Below, one piece after another: positions 13,134-25,648 of a stretch of 64,000 bases of DNA (its first letter is position 1; each line of letters opens with the position of its first letter). The position numbers and the translations under genes were made by a program. The stretch lies in assembly GCA_002269645.1 (NCBI GenBank), contig NIVC01003175.1, forward strand, positions 1 through 64,000, written 5' to 3'. The notes beneath the pieces are model-generated. The model saw only the letters and a list, made by a program, of their open reading frames with translations. It made no database searches and was not told the DNA's origin. Origin of the DNA: Macrostomum lignano. Its lineage: Eukaryota.

Positions 13134-16100
13134 CTACTGATCCAGATGCCTGTACACCCTGCGCAGTTTCTCTCGCTTGCTGCTGTTATTGTGCCGCTTC
13201 CAGGACTTGCCAGTCTGCTCAGCACCCGAGTGACCTTGCGGCCGGCCTGTGGCGCGGAACCTCACGTCCGCTGTTTTCTGAAATTCATATTCAAATATTT
13301 CAAGGTCACTGTGTCTCTAAGGTGGTTTCTCAAGGTCACTGTGTCTCTAAGGAGGTTTCACAAGGTCACTGTCTCTAAGGTGGTTTCTTAAGGTCACTGT
13401 GTCTCTAAGGAAGTTTCACAAGGTCACTGTCTCTAAGGTGGTTTCTTAAGGTCACTGTGTCTCTAAGGTGGTTTCTCAAGGTCACTGTGTCTCTAAGGAG
13501 GTTTCACAAGGTCACTGTCTCTAAGGTGGTTTCTTAAGGTCACTGTGTCTATAATGGGGTTTCTCAAGGTCACGGTGTCTTTAAGATGGTTTCTCAAGGT
13601 CACTATGTTTATAAGGAGGTTTCTGAAGGCCACTGTGTCTCCAATGGGGTTCCTCAAGGTCACGGTGTCTTTAATAAGATGGTTTCTCAAGGTCACTGTG
13701 TCTATAAGGTTTCTGAAGGCCACTGTGTCTCTAATGGGGTTCCTCAAGGTCATTGGGTCTCTAAGGCGGTTTACCAAGGTCACTGTGTCTCTAAGGAGGT
13801 TTCTCAAGGTCACTGTGTCTCTAAGGAGGTTTCTCAAGGTCACTGTGTCTCTATAGAGGTTTCTCAAGGTCACTGTGTCTCTAAAGTGGTTTCTTAAGGT
13901 CACTGTGTCTCTATAGAGGTTTCTCAAGGTCACTGTGTCTCTAAAGTGGTTTCTCAAGGTCACTGTGTCTCTAAAGTGGTTTCTCAAGGTCACTGTGTCT
14001 CTAAAGTGGTTTCTCAAGGTCACTGTGTCTCTATAGAGGTTTCTCAAGGTCACTGTGTCTCTAAAGTGGTTTCTCAAGGTCACTGTGTCTCTAAAGTGGT
14101 TTCTCAAGGTCACTGTGTCTCTAAGGAGGTTTCTCAAGGTCACTGTGTCTCTATAGAGGTTTCTCAAGGTCACTGTGTCTCTAAAGTGGTTTCTCAAGGT
14201 CACTGTGTCTCTATAGAGGTTTCTCAAGGTCACTGTGTCTCTAAAGTGGTTTCTCAAGGTCACTGTGTCTCTAAAGTGGTTTCTCAAGGTCACTGTGTCT
14301 CTAAAGTGGTTTCTCAAGGTCACTGTGTCTAAGGTGGTTTCTCAAAGTCGCTGTGTCTCTAAGGAGGTTTCTCAAGGTCAATGCGTCCCTATGGGGGTTT
14401 TTCGAAATCAAAATGGTTCTATGGAGATTTCTTGACGTCAAAAAATGGCTTAAGAAAGTTTCGAAAAGATCTACAGAAATTTCCCCAAGGTCGCAATGCT
14501 CCTATGGAAATTTTTGAAGGTCACACAAGCTCCGCAGAGATTTCATAAAATCGTCACAGAGGCTCTAAGGAAAGCTCCAAGGTCACGATTGCTCTAATGC
14601 CTTCTTAAGGCTCTGCCAACTTCAAGCTTTCATAAAATCTTCAGCTATTTTTCAATGTCACAAATCTCAAGGCCGCGTGCCTTACCTCAGCAAAGAACTG
14701 CTTATCAAAGTCTGTCAAGCTGGCCGCCGCCACCGACGCCGCGTCTTCCCGGTCCTCGCCAGCAGCTGCAGTCATCGACATCGTCGCAGTCTTAATCGAC
14801 AACTCACTTGGCCTACTATTGAAATCTACTCCATCAATCTGTTGCAAGCCTGGCGGAGCTTGACAATACACTAACGCCTTACGCCTTCCGGTGACGCTGT
14901 CCTTTAAAATTTCCCTAGCAGCCCGATCCAGATGCGGCACCCCGTGCCCCGTTGTGTAACCGTGCAGCTCGGCGTAGGCAGTCAACAGACCGGCGGCCGT
15001 CAGCGGCTCCGGCGGCTCGGGCAATCGCAGTCCGTACACTTCAGCCAGTGCCTGGCGATCGATTCGATCGCACAGCAGCTGCACCGGTCCCAGACAGTCG
15101 CGCATGTTGTCTATGGGCAAAACTCCGTGCACAACCAGGTCGGCCGACGTGCCAACAAACTGCGGCATGACCAGACCCGGACAGTCGCACAGGACCAGCC
15201 GATCGCCAAGCGGCAGAGTCTGCAGATGCTTTGTGCGGCCGGGCGTGGCGGATTCTGGCACCTTCTTTGCCCGCAGCAGGGCATTGATGCTGCTGCTTTT
15301 GCCAACGTTCGGGTAGCCGACTAGGCCGACTACGGGAACGCCGGTTGCTGAACTGGATGAAGCCAAGGAGGCTTCCGCTGTCAAATCGGCGAGCGCTTCC
15401 GCCAGGCCATCGGGTGTCAGCACTGCGAGTTGGACAAATATTGGCCAATGCAGACAATGCATGTTTACTACTTTGAATAGATAGATCAGCAGCCTGTGAG
15501 CCAGTCTATTCTCAATATATGAGCTGTTCTATTCTCAATCTATGAGCTGGTCTATTCTCAATCTATGAGCTGGTCTATTCTCAATCTATGAGCTGGTCTA
15601 TTCTCAATCTATGAGCTGGTCTATTCTCAATCTTTGAGCTGGTCTATTCTCAATCTATGAGCTGGTCTATTCTCAATCTATGAGCTGGTCTATTCTCAAT
15701 CTATGAGCTGGTCTATTCTCAATCTATGAGCTGGTCTATTCTCAATCTATGAGCCAGTCTATTCTCAATCTATGAGCTGGTCTATTCTCAATCTATGAGC
15801 CAGTCTATTCTCAATCTATGAGCTGGTCTATTCTCAATCTATGAGCTGGTCTATTCTCAATCTATGAGCTGGTCTATTCTCAATCTATGAGCCAGTCTAT
15901 TCTCAATCTATGAGCTGGTCTATTCTCAATCTATGAGCTGGTCTATTCTCAATCTATGAGCTGGTCTATTCTCAATCTATGAGCTGGTCTATTCTCAATC
16001 TATGAGCTGGTCTATTCTCAATCTATGAGCTGGTCTATTCTCAATCTATGAGCTGGTCTATTCTCAATCTATGAGCTGGTCTATTCTCAATCTATGAGCT

Positions 16101-19100
16101 GGTCTATTCTCAATCTATGAGCTGGTCTATTCTCAATCTATGAGCTGGTCTATTCTCAATCTATGAGCCACTCAGACTATTTCTCAATCTATAGTCTACT
16201 GAGAGTCTACTGAGTCTATTATCAATCTATGAGCTGGTCTATTCTCAATCTATGAGCCACTCAGACTATTCTCAATTTCTGAGCCAGACTATTCTTAATC
16301 TATGAGCTAGTCTAATCTCTAAGCTCATATTACTCTTTAAACCAAACCCAGCCCTCAATCTCACCCTTCGGCATGGACTCATTAACATGTATCGCAGCAG
16401 CCTCATCAGCCTCAGCCTGAGCCACATCTTGAGCATCCTCATCAGCTTCGGATCCGGCCGGCTTAGCCGAGAAGAACAAAGCCCAAGTGCCGGCAGTCTG
16501 GAAATATTGCCTCCAAGCGGTCAGCTGGATTGGCGTCAGCAGGTCGCACTTGTTCAACAGCACAGCCGTCTGGCAGCCGCACTCCTTGGCGTAGGCGTCC
16601 AAATCTGGCGAATAAAAGAACAGCGGATCTCTGGCGTCAACAATCTGCACTACAGCCTGACTGCGCTCCAGTACTCGCCATAGCTGACGCCAAAAGTCCA
16701 AATTCTTTTCATACGGAGTCATGGCAACGCCGTCTTTAGCTTCTAGCAGGGCCATCGCCTCGCGCCAGCGCAGAAACGATTCGCGTTCGAGCGACTCCAA
16801 CTCGGCCGGGCTGGTGACGCCAGGCGACCAGGCTGGCCGGCGCGGGATGCGCAGCTGATTGCGCAACTCCTCGGCAGCCAGGCGCCGGCGTTCGCGCGCC
16901 GCTTTCGCCAGGACGCCGGCGCCGCCGCCGATTCGGCCAGCGACGGCCTCCTCCTGGGACAGGAGCCGTAGAGAGCCGCTGCCCGGCCCGCCTGAGCTGT
17001 CAAATTTAGCGTTGAGCAGCTCGGCACGGGAGAGAAACTCGGCCAGATCGCCCTGGTGAGTCACGGAAGAATCCGTCTGAGCAGGCGGCGGCGGCTGTAG
17101 GGAGTGTTGACGATTGTGGGAGAGAAATCTACGTTTATTTCTGTTTAGGTGTGTTGTGTTCTCGCAACAGATCAATTTCAATTTTGGGATCCTGACTTTG
17201 GACATAAGATGCCAGATGGCAACTACAAATCTGATGCCTAAAAAAACCTTTGTCTTCAAGTTTATATTTTAGTACCTAAATTTATTACACCTGCCAGGTT
17301 TTTCATCCAAGTGTATAACCTCTACTTTTGTGATCTAGTCCAGCAATACTTGGCAAGGTAGCAAGTATATTTGGAAGAGCTAGTTCTCATTCTAGATAAC
17401 AATGATTGATATAAGAATGGTGGAATATACAAGATCAACAAATTAGGATAAGACAAGATTGGGATATCCATTATTGTTAGGCATTCGGATTTTAGGTCAA
17501 TAGCAGGAGTTGAATCCTTTATCTAGTTTATAAGCATATATATATACAGGTTGGATAGGATCAAAATTTTTGGGATTAGGCAAGATTAGTATCCTACTAA
17601 GATTAGTATCTACCCTCTCTCTATGCTCACTACTTGACATTGTGATTCATGTATATAAATTATTTTTATAGCCACTGCACTATAAATTGCCATATAGCTG
17701 TGTCTGTAACAATGATTGTTATAAAATACATAACTACAAAGGCTTAGCTAAAATTATTGGTATAGTACTAATGCCAACCAACATATGCTTTATAATTTCT
17801 AATTGAATCAGCTTTTTAAAGTTTTAGATATTGACATTTGATGTTATTATATCATTTATAGAAAAAATTTAAAAAAATTATTGATTACATATATAAATTA
17901 CCTAGGTAGGGGCCTAAAAAATACATATTGCCTTCTAAACTATGGTATATTGGTTTTTTATCCTAACTTAACCTACAAGCAACCAATCTCAGCTAGCCCA
18001 TAGCAAATAGTGTTAACCAGAGCTGGGTTTAGACCATAGACAATATTAGACATGCCCTTTTTATTATCAAAGTTAGCCTATAATAATATGATAATATAAC
18101 TAATATAATCTTAAATATATATTAACATTTTACTGCAAATTTAAGACAAACTTTTGTTACTAGCCTACTAGTATTAGTCTCAGATAGGTCCCTTATTAAA
18201 TTAACTTTAGCCTTGGCCTATTTATTGAATAGTACATAGTAAATCCTATTTTCATTTGACTTGCTACATGGTAATTGTTAGTGACCATATAAATAGCAAA
18301 ATATTTATTTTTATAGTCAACATATAAGACACTACTTTGCACATAGTCTGTATCATGTCCAAAAAAAAACTGAATAATTACAAATGCATGCCAAAAAATG
18401 TGAGTGTACACTCACACTCAAATCTATGCTAGTATTGCAACAATAAATGACCTTTTATGTTACAACAATAAATAACATTTTTTTCAGTTGCATAAGAACC
18501 TTTTTGGCTAATAATTTCCCTATAGGAAAAAGTTGTAAAACTGCGGACAGTGTCCGGTGCACTTTTGAAATTTTTCTAAAGCGCAGTGCACTGCGTGCTG
18601 CCCTTTCCTGCTGGCTGCTGCTCTAGCAAATAAATATACATGGAAAGTGGTCTAATACCTCTGTGGAAGGGGCCTATTCATTTATAAATTTATAACTTTA
18701 TAAAGCTTAGAGAAGTTCCGAAATTTCAATTTCATTTTCCAAAATTTGATTTTTTAAAGAGCAAATTTCAATTTCCAAAAAATTTAGAAGTCAAAATTTT
18801 GGAAGTGTCTGAAAAAGTCACTAAAAATAAACTAATTTCTGCTACATATGTATTTTGTTTTGCATAAGCAGTAAATTAAAAGTAAAAAAGTGAGTGTTAG
18901 TCATACTAAAATTTCGATTTTGGAAAGTTAGCAATTTTGATTTTGACAAAATGGAACATCTCTAATAATCCTAAAGCACAGTAAAATAGTTTGACTCTTT
19001 TCTAAAGGGTGCGTCTGCAGGTTTTCAACATTTATTCCAATAGGGAATAATTTGGTTGATTTTTATGCTTTATAGCTTATACTATTTATAGTAGATAGTT

Positions 19101-22100
19101 ATAGTAGATTATATTTATACTTATAGTAAATTTGTTTAAATGTCTTATTATGAGCTTTAAAAACCTAGAAAGCTTGAAATTTATTCTTAAAAAGGAACTT
19201 TTTTTATTTTTTTCCACTTAAGTCTTAACACTAACTCTTCCACATAATTCTATAAAGTGTATGCCAGGTGTGCACACATACTATTTTCTTAGAAATGATG
19301 CATGCCAACTGTGCACATTACTTATAGCATGCAAGGCCAATGCATGCCCAAATTTTTGGGTATATACTATATGATCTGGAATATGACATTATTTCTAGGT
19401 CTAAATCTCTAAGGTTTTAATTTGATATAACCATATAAATAGCAAAACTGCTATTTTTATGGTTTTTAAGCCCTATATATACCATACTCTAGAAGGTATA
19501 CATCATGCCAAAAAATTCTGGCATGCAATTGGTTTAGCCAAAAAAATGGTGTGCATTTGCATGCATTTTGGTTTGGCCAAAAAAATTGGCCTGCATTGGC
19601 GTGCATTTGGATATATGGCATAGTGGCCTGCTATGCTGTGGAATTAGCTTGATGGCATAGAATGTGATATGGTATGATTGCAGTAGGGCTAGAGCAGTAT
19701 TCTTGACTTTTTGAAAAGACTTGTAAATTTATTTCATTTTGTTTATTTTTACTAGAAAAAAGAAATATTTTTGTACAAAAGATATTTGTAATATAATTTA
19801 ATGCATATGCCCATGGCTATGGTTAAAAAAGTTGAAGCTTTATTTTTTTGCATTTTTAAAATATAATGTTTGAATGTATTTTTCTGCTTTTGTTTGTAGG
19901 CCTATTGTTAATTATTGTCAATGGCATGCACAGGGTATAGTTGGCAAGCATGGTATACAATTGGCATGCAAACAAAAAACTTCCTAGTATATATTCCAGC
20001 GTGCATCCAACATGGTCCAAAGTATGATACAAGGGGTGTACTAAAAGTTTTGAGATATAGCCAAACCACAAATGTCTGAAGAAGATTGCTGTCACAACTT
20101 TTCAAAGTAGTTGCCACCAGCTTGCATGCATTTCCTCATCTAGTAAAATGACTGCATCCAGGCTCAAGCCTACTTTTCTTCTGGCACTGCTGACACTACC
20201 CACTTGAACTTGAATCTTGCTGCTTAAGGGCTTTTAAACTGAGTCCCACACAGTTGGTTCTTCACCAAAGGGAAGAGAAAGAAGTTCCAGGATGCCAGGT
20301 CAAGGGAATAAGCGGGGTGCGTCACCAACTGGACTCTATTCTTAGCCAGAAATGCCCATGTGGCAGCAGCCGTGTGTGCACTGGCATTGTTGTAGTGCAG
20401 CAGCAGGCAACGAAGTCCAGTGCGTAGCTGGTGTCTGCACTACGCATCAAGCACAAGTGGCAGGCACTGGTTGATATACTAGTTGGCATTGACTATCCAC
20501 CTGTCTTGGGAGTGCTATAGTCACTAGGTGGCCAGCCTGGCTGAAGAAAGTTGCCACCATCTGCTTCCCGACACTGTAGGCTTGCTTGACCTTTGTTGGA
20601 GTGGCATTGTCTAGAAGGAGCCAAACTGCCAACTGCTGCTTGGTTTCCAGGTTGTATTGGTAGACCCAGGTCTTATTGCCTGTGATAATCTCCCAGCATT
20701 GCTTTGAGGCCCCAGAATCAATCTTTTGAGCATTAACTCATACCAATGCACCTACTCCACTTTTTAGTCCTCTATCAGGTTATGGAGCACCCATTGGGCA
20801 CACCACTTAGAGGCTCCCAGCTTGTTGTGTAGGATGGTTATAACTGCTACCAATCCAATGCCAAGAGCCTCTCTGATCTTGGCACAGGTCACTCACTAGT
20901 CCTTGTCAAATCATTCTCTAGACAGCAGCAATTTTTTTGTCCACAACTATAGCAGCTAGAAATCCTGTTTGAGGCTTGTCATCAAGGCTGCTTTGGCCCC
21001 ACTTATACTTGCATGTAATGGCCTTGCATACCAAAAGTAGGCATGTATAGCATAGCACGCATTGCTCCTAAGAAAATAGTGTGTGTGCATATACATGCCT
21101 AACACCCATCTGACCAATCTGAACTGGATAGGTGAAATGGCTGCTGGCCAGTTAAGTTGCAAAATCAAAAATGTAAAAAACAAAAAATTGGGAGAAGAAA
21201 TAAAGAAGAAGAGAAAAGGAAAAGAAAGGAAGAAGAGACAGGGGAAAGAAGAGAAAGAAAGAGAAAGAGAAAAAAAGAGAAAAAGGCAAGAAAAGTCATA
21301 TACAAAGTGAAAATAAAGTTGCAATCAAGGGAACTAAGTAACAATTGAGAGAAACTTAGTCACAATTGAGAGGAACTAAGTTGCAATTGGGAGGAACAAA
21401 GTTGCAAATCTTGACAAAACTAAGTTGCACTGGACGGGTGAAATTTTGAGGTTAGGCATGTGTATATGTGTAGACCTAGCATGCACTTTATAGAATCACA
21501 TGTAAAAGTTATTGTAAAGTAGAAAAAAATAAAAAAGTTCATTTTTAAGCATAAATGTCAAACTTTTCAGTTTTATCAAGCTAAGTTTTATCTACATAAT
21601 TAGCATACAAAAATGATTAAGTTTGCATTTGGCACAGTTTCCATGTACATAGTTACAGTAGCTAAATTTTGATCAGAAAGAATAGCCGGCCTTTTACGAA
21701 AAAAATGGAAAACAAAATAAAAAAAAACGGGTTTAACTTTTCGGGTTTTAGGTTTAAAAATAGTTAAAATGAACTAGTTCTCTACAGTTTAGTAAAAAGA
21801 TTTTTAGTTTTAATACAGGTTGTTTGAATATTAAAATTTTGCAAGCTCTTAATATTAGTTTTAATTTTTATTTTGGTGTAGTTTTGTATGCGATGAAAAG
21901 TTTATTGGCATGTACATGCATTGGCGTGCATGAGCTATGGAAGCAATTTTCGTTCCGGTGTACAGCGGTACACTATCCTGACCCTGGTGTCTGCATACCT
22001 GGCATGCACTTTATAGGCCTATAATCACGCAAAAGAGTTATTGTGGAATAGAAAAATGATAAAAACGTTTATTTTTAAGCATATATTTCAAGCTTTCTAT

Positions 22101-22779
22101 TTCTTAACCTTGTAATAAAGCATTTAAACAAATCTTTATGTATATTGATTTTCTACTATGAATAGTATCACACAAAAAACATTAAAATCAACCAAATTAT
22201 CTGCCAAAAAATATCTATTATGCAATTCAAAAAATGTCATTTATGTCAGTGTAGGCCTAAAAAGGGTCCTTTATTGTTGTAATACCAGCATAGTTTTAAG
22301 AATGGATGTGCATTCAATTTTTTGGCATGCAATTTGTAATTTTATTCAATTTTTGTTTAGGCTTGCACCCAGCATGATCTTGACTATGGAGTAGAATAGC
22401 TATTAGCCTATTATAGCCATGAAGAAAAAAATATTAAATTAAATAATTAATGTTTTTTTGTCTTTTTAAAATTTAACCACCTCTTATTATTTGCACTACC
22501 AGTTTGTTACATAATTTGAATAGTATTTGTTTTATATGTGTTAACTGTAAAAATACCTATCATCACTATTTATATGGTCACTCACTGTAACAATAACTGC
22601 CTTGCTAAATAGAGTTTAATTTTATATAGATAAAAAATTTAAATTAATTGGCTTACCAGGCAAGATGACATAGACGCATAATCATTTGCATCACTGGGTC
22701 CATGTGCACCACGAGATCGTCTGGCAGATTTAAACTGCTTAGACAAAGTGCTACCTAAATTTCCCTTTGAAACGGGCAT
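13134..22779 (-). CDS. LSG1: Large subunit GTPase 1 homolog (4 exons, about 577 aa)
   Basis: Exons 22779-22657 (MPVSKGNLGSTLSKQ..., donor CTG|GTAAGC), 17094-16365, 15422-14686, 13277-13134 (ends KSWKRHNNSSKREKLRRVYRHLDQ*); phases 0,1,0 are consistent. Motifs TPYEKNLDFWRQLWRVLERS, VVQIVDARDP, LLNKCDLL, GLVGYPNVGKSS, TPGRTKHLQT, DCPGL. Confidence 0.92.
13295..14400. repeat. 30-bp minisatellite (CAAGGTCACTGTGTCTCTAAAGTGGTTTCT)n in LSG1 intron 3
   Basis: Directly visible; more diverged at 13300-13800, homogeneous at 13900-14330. Confidence 0.93.
15495..16320. repeat. 23-bp minisatellite (CTATGAGCTGGTCTATTCTCAAT)n in LSG1 intron 2
   Basis: Directly visible. Confidence 0.93.
18516..19047. mobile_element. 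MITE with about 33-bp imperfect TIRs inserted in the left arm of the intronic foldback region
   Basis: Left TTCCCTATAGGAAAAAGTTGTAAAACTGCGGAC; right GTCTGCAGGTTTTCAACATTTATTCCAATAGGGAA; TAAT on both flanks. Confidence 0.55.
20030..21060 (-). mobile_element. Decayed, 5'-truncated mariner (DD34D) transposon
   Basis: Minus-strand remnants SLDDKPQTG, WVLHNL, ITGNKTWVYQYNLETKQQ, TKVKQAYSVGKQMVATFF, LLHYNNASAH, HPAYSLDLASWNFFLFP, GGNYFEKL* (stop about 20092). Terminal TA|CAAGGGGTGTACTAAAAGTTTTGAGA at 20028-20055. Multiple internal stops. Confidence 0.88.
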
Positions 22780-23237
22780 TTCAGAGGCCACTACAGTCTA
22801 AGTAACAGGAACAGTTAACACTGAATTTTTATAAAATAAATAATATATTGGAAGTTACTAACTTTGAGTGCACGAAATTTCGCTACCCACACTCTTTCAA
22901 TGAAATCAGATTTAGTATTATTAATTAATGCATTAAAAATTTATGAAATTTCACGCGATGAAATCTGCAATCTGCATGCTGCTTTATTTTTTTAGATAAG
23001 TGTGCAATATTCAGAAGTTCAAATTCTTACCAAGAAGTTGTGTTCTCATACTAATTAAAATAACCCTTTTCGCTTTTTAATTGAAAGTTTAAAAGTTTTG
23101 AACAAAATTATGTGTTATTTTTATTAAAAAATATCTGGTAATGTACTTTTTGACGAAATTTTGTTATTATGGCTTAAAAATGGGACAACGGAAAAGTCAT
23201 TTAAAAAAAATTCATTTTCAGGATTCTACTTTGTATA

Positions 23238-23950
23238 CAGTGGTCCTTGGATTCTAGTCTCATTCTTTTTTATTATTTTAATTAGGTGCGATAGAGCTTG
23301 ATAGTTCCTATTTTTTATTGTCTGCAGCTTCTGCAGAGTCTGCAGAGTCTGCAGAGAATTCCAAGAACTTCTAGACATAGGTTTTATCGCATATAGATAT
23401 ACTGGAAAGGCTAATTATAAAGTTCCATCAATCCGAAGTAAAAATCAAAACAGATCAGAGAAGATTGTTTCAAATCAAATACAAATACAGTTTCGACAGA
23501 TATAGGATTTTTGAAACTCGCATCTATGGAAGCCTTTTCAAATGTATACTACTGCTCTAAATGGGACATATTATTATCACATGAACCTGTAGTAGTACTC
23601 ATTAATTCTAGAAATCATATTTTTAGATATACTTTTCATATTAATTCTAAACACACACTAACGAGGAACTTAGGTTTAACTTCGCGTCTGGCACCGCGGC
23701 GCGTCTGTCTGGACGGTTTTCTGGACGACTGCCTTGGAACCGATATTTATTGTATGGTATGGAAGCTATGCCGATAACTATGACGCGGTCTCTGCTGCGC
23801 TACGCCCTTGTCGTACCCAGCTGTCGACCAGAAAGACTTTTTTAAAGCGCTAAATGATGAAGCTCCATCATCCGCAAAAGTCGCCGGAATGCTTCATTGG
23901 ATCGAAATTTATCGCAGGAGCCACGGCCATTGGTAATCCAGGGACCACTG
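23238..23950. mobile_element. Non-autonomous Tc1/pogo-type element (MITE)
   Basis: TIRs CAGTGGTCCTTGGATT ... AATCCAGGGACCACTG with TA on both sides (23236-37, 23951-52). Confidence 0.75.
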
Positions 23951-25072
23951 TATATAACTGGTTGCAGGGGCGTGGCCATGGATTTTATGGTGGGGGGGGG
24001 GACAAAACCAAAAATTCAACTACACGTACATGACTAAATTCCTACAATTCCATTATTTTGAGAATCGTGGTTGTCAGCGCTCATTTTAGCGGCGCAGGCA
24101 CACATTTTAGCGCCGCAGGCATTCCTTTTAGCGCCGCAGGCACTCATTTTGGCGCCCTGAAGAAAAATTATTGATTATCACAACGGGTCACAATGTAGGG
24201 TGGGGGGGGGACAAAGCATTGGCATGCCCCCCATAGCTTTTACCGGGGGGGGCGTCCTCCCTGTCCCCCACCGGTATATTCTAGCTGCTATATTAAAGTA
24301 AAGAAGTAATTCATAAATACATGTACATATTATGGATACATAAATTCAAATCAAACGCACGTTTTAGACAAGAAAAAAAAACTACTTTGCAAAAATTGCT
24401 TCTTTTTTGTTTTAACATATATTTTTCTAGCTCTAGCTACTGTCATGTGCGCAATGCAAGAAAACAGTCGCGCTGATAACAATTCAAACTTTGTAATAAT
24501 TCCTTAAATTGACAGCTCGAGTGCTATCTAACACGCACGCAGAAGGCTGTAAAAGGCTAAATAACTACGGCATGTTACGGTAAATAAGGGAAAAATATTT
24601 GAATAGAGTGAAGCGGCTAGTGCACAAATTCTGACTAACGACAGCATGCTGGCATGCAGAGTGAGAGACACAGGAAAGAGAGATTGGTGCATCCATATAC
24701 ATTCACAATATACCATAGTAGACAATCAAATCACAGTTTAAAAAATTACCATCTAAAAGTTTACGCAAGACAAGAAGTCTACACATAAATAAACAAAAAG
24801 ACCTTTTTACTTTCTTTTTCTTTCACTGATCTTCCAACAAACCTGTGCCACCTGGATGGTGGTTAAAGGAAAATATTACGAGTAGTTACATAAAAATTAA
24901 ATTCACAAGCTTCACCAGGCCAGAGAGAGCATTAGAACGTTTAATTAGTACATGAATGGCATATATATGTGCAGTTTATAGTGTATATTTATTAAATTGT
25001 AGCTATGATTTCTAAATATCTACTGTACTTTACTCCTTTGAAAGTGATCAACTCTCACAAAAGTATTTAGTT

Positions 25073-25455
25073 TAAGGGTCGGTAAACTTTGTCACCTCAA
25101 GGCCCAAATATAGATAACCTAGCAAAGATTGAGGTGGGAGAGAGAAAAGGGGATAGAGGAGAGGGAATAGAGATAGGAGAAAGGAGCGGTGGGGGATAAA
25201 GAAGAAGAGAGGAGACGAGAGGAGAGGAGGGGTGAAATCGATGAAGGGAGAGGAGGGAAGAGGAGATAAGAGAGAGAGGAGATTCGAGAAAAGAAAGCTG
25301 AGAAGAGACACAAAATTATGACCTAAAACCTAGAGACACAATCAGACACAAAAGCCGGTTTGCTATTGTGAAGTCCTCTCAAAGGACCCGAGGGCCGGAG
25401 AGAGAGGCTTTGTGGGCCGCATGTTGCCAGCAGGCTGGAGCTTGCCGAACCGTTT
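25073..25455. mobile_element. Probable hAT-type MITE with GA-rich interior, related to the 32820-33212 copy in opposite orientation
   Basis: Ends AGGGTCGGTAAACT and GTGGGCCGCATG...AGCTTGCCGAACC; shares the CACATGCGGCCC motif. TSD not clear. Confidence 0.45.
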
Positions 25456-25648
25456 TGCGACTATTAGCTGCATGCACTCGGTACAAACTAAACTCCGACT
25501 TTAAACATGGGAAGCGTTTAAAATTATATAAAGCGTTTTTAATAACTTTTACCATTGATATGGGAGGCTATGTTCCCTTCAAATATATTTGAGCTATGCT
25601 GTACCCGCATCCAAAAAAAGAAATCACCGCGAATTGAATCCGCATCTC

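Noticed and set aside
12135-16320. CRISPR-like appearance of the 22-37-bp arrays
   Set aside because: Head-to-tail units with no unique spacers, in a eukaryotic intron-containing context with no cas genes.
16330-17259. ORF-track start of LSG1 at 17259
   Set aside because: 17095-17259 reads as intron (pyrimidine tract plus CTACAG acceptor); the exon at 22779-22657 fits better.
23960-24270. MITE starting CAGGGGCGTGGCC
   Set aside because: No matching right TIR found.
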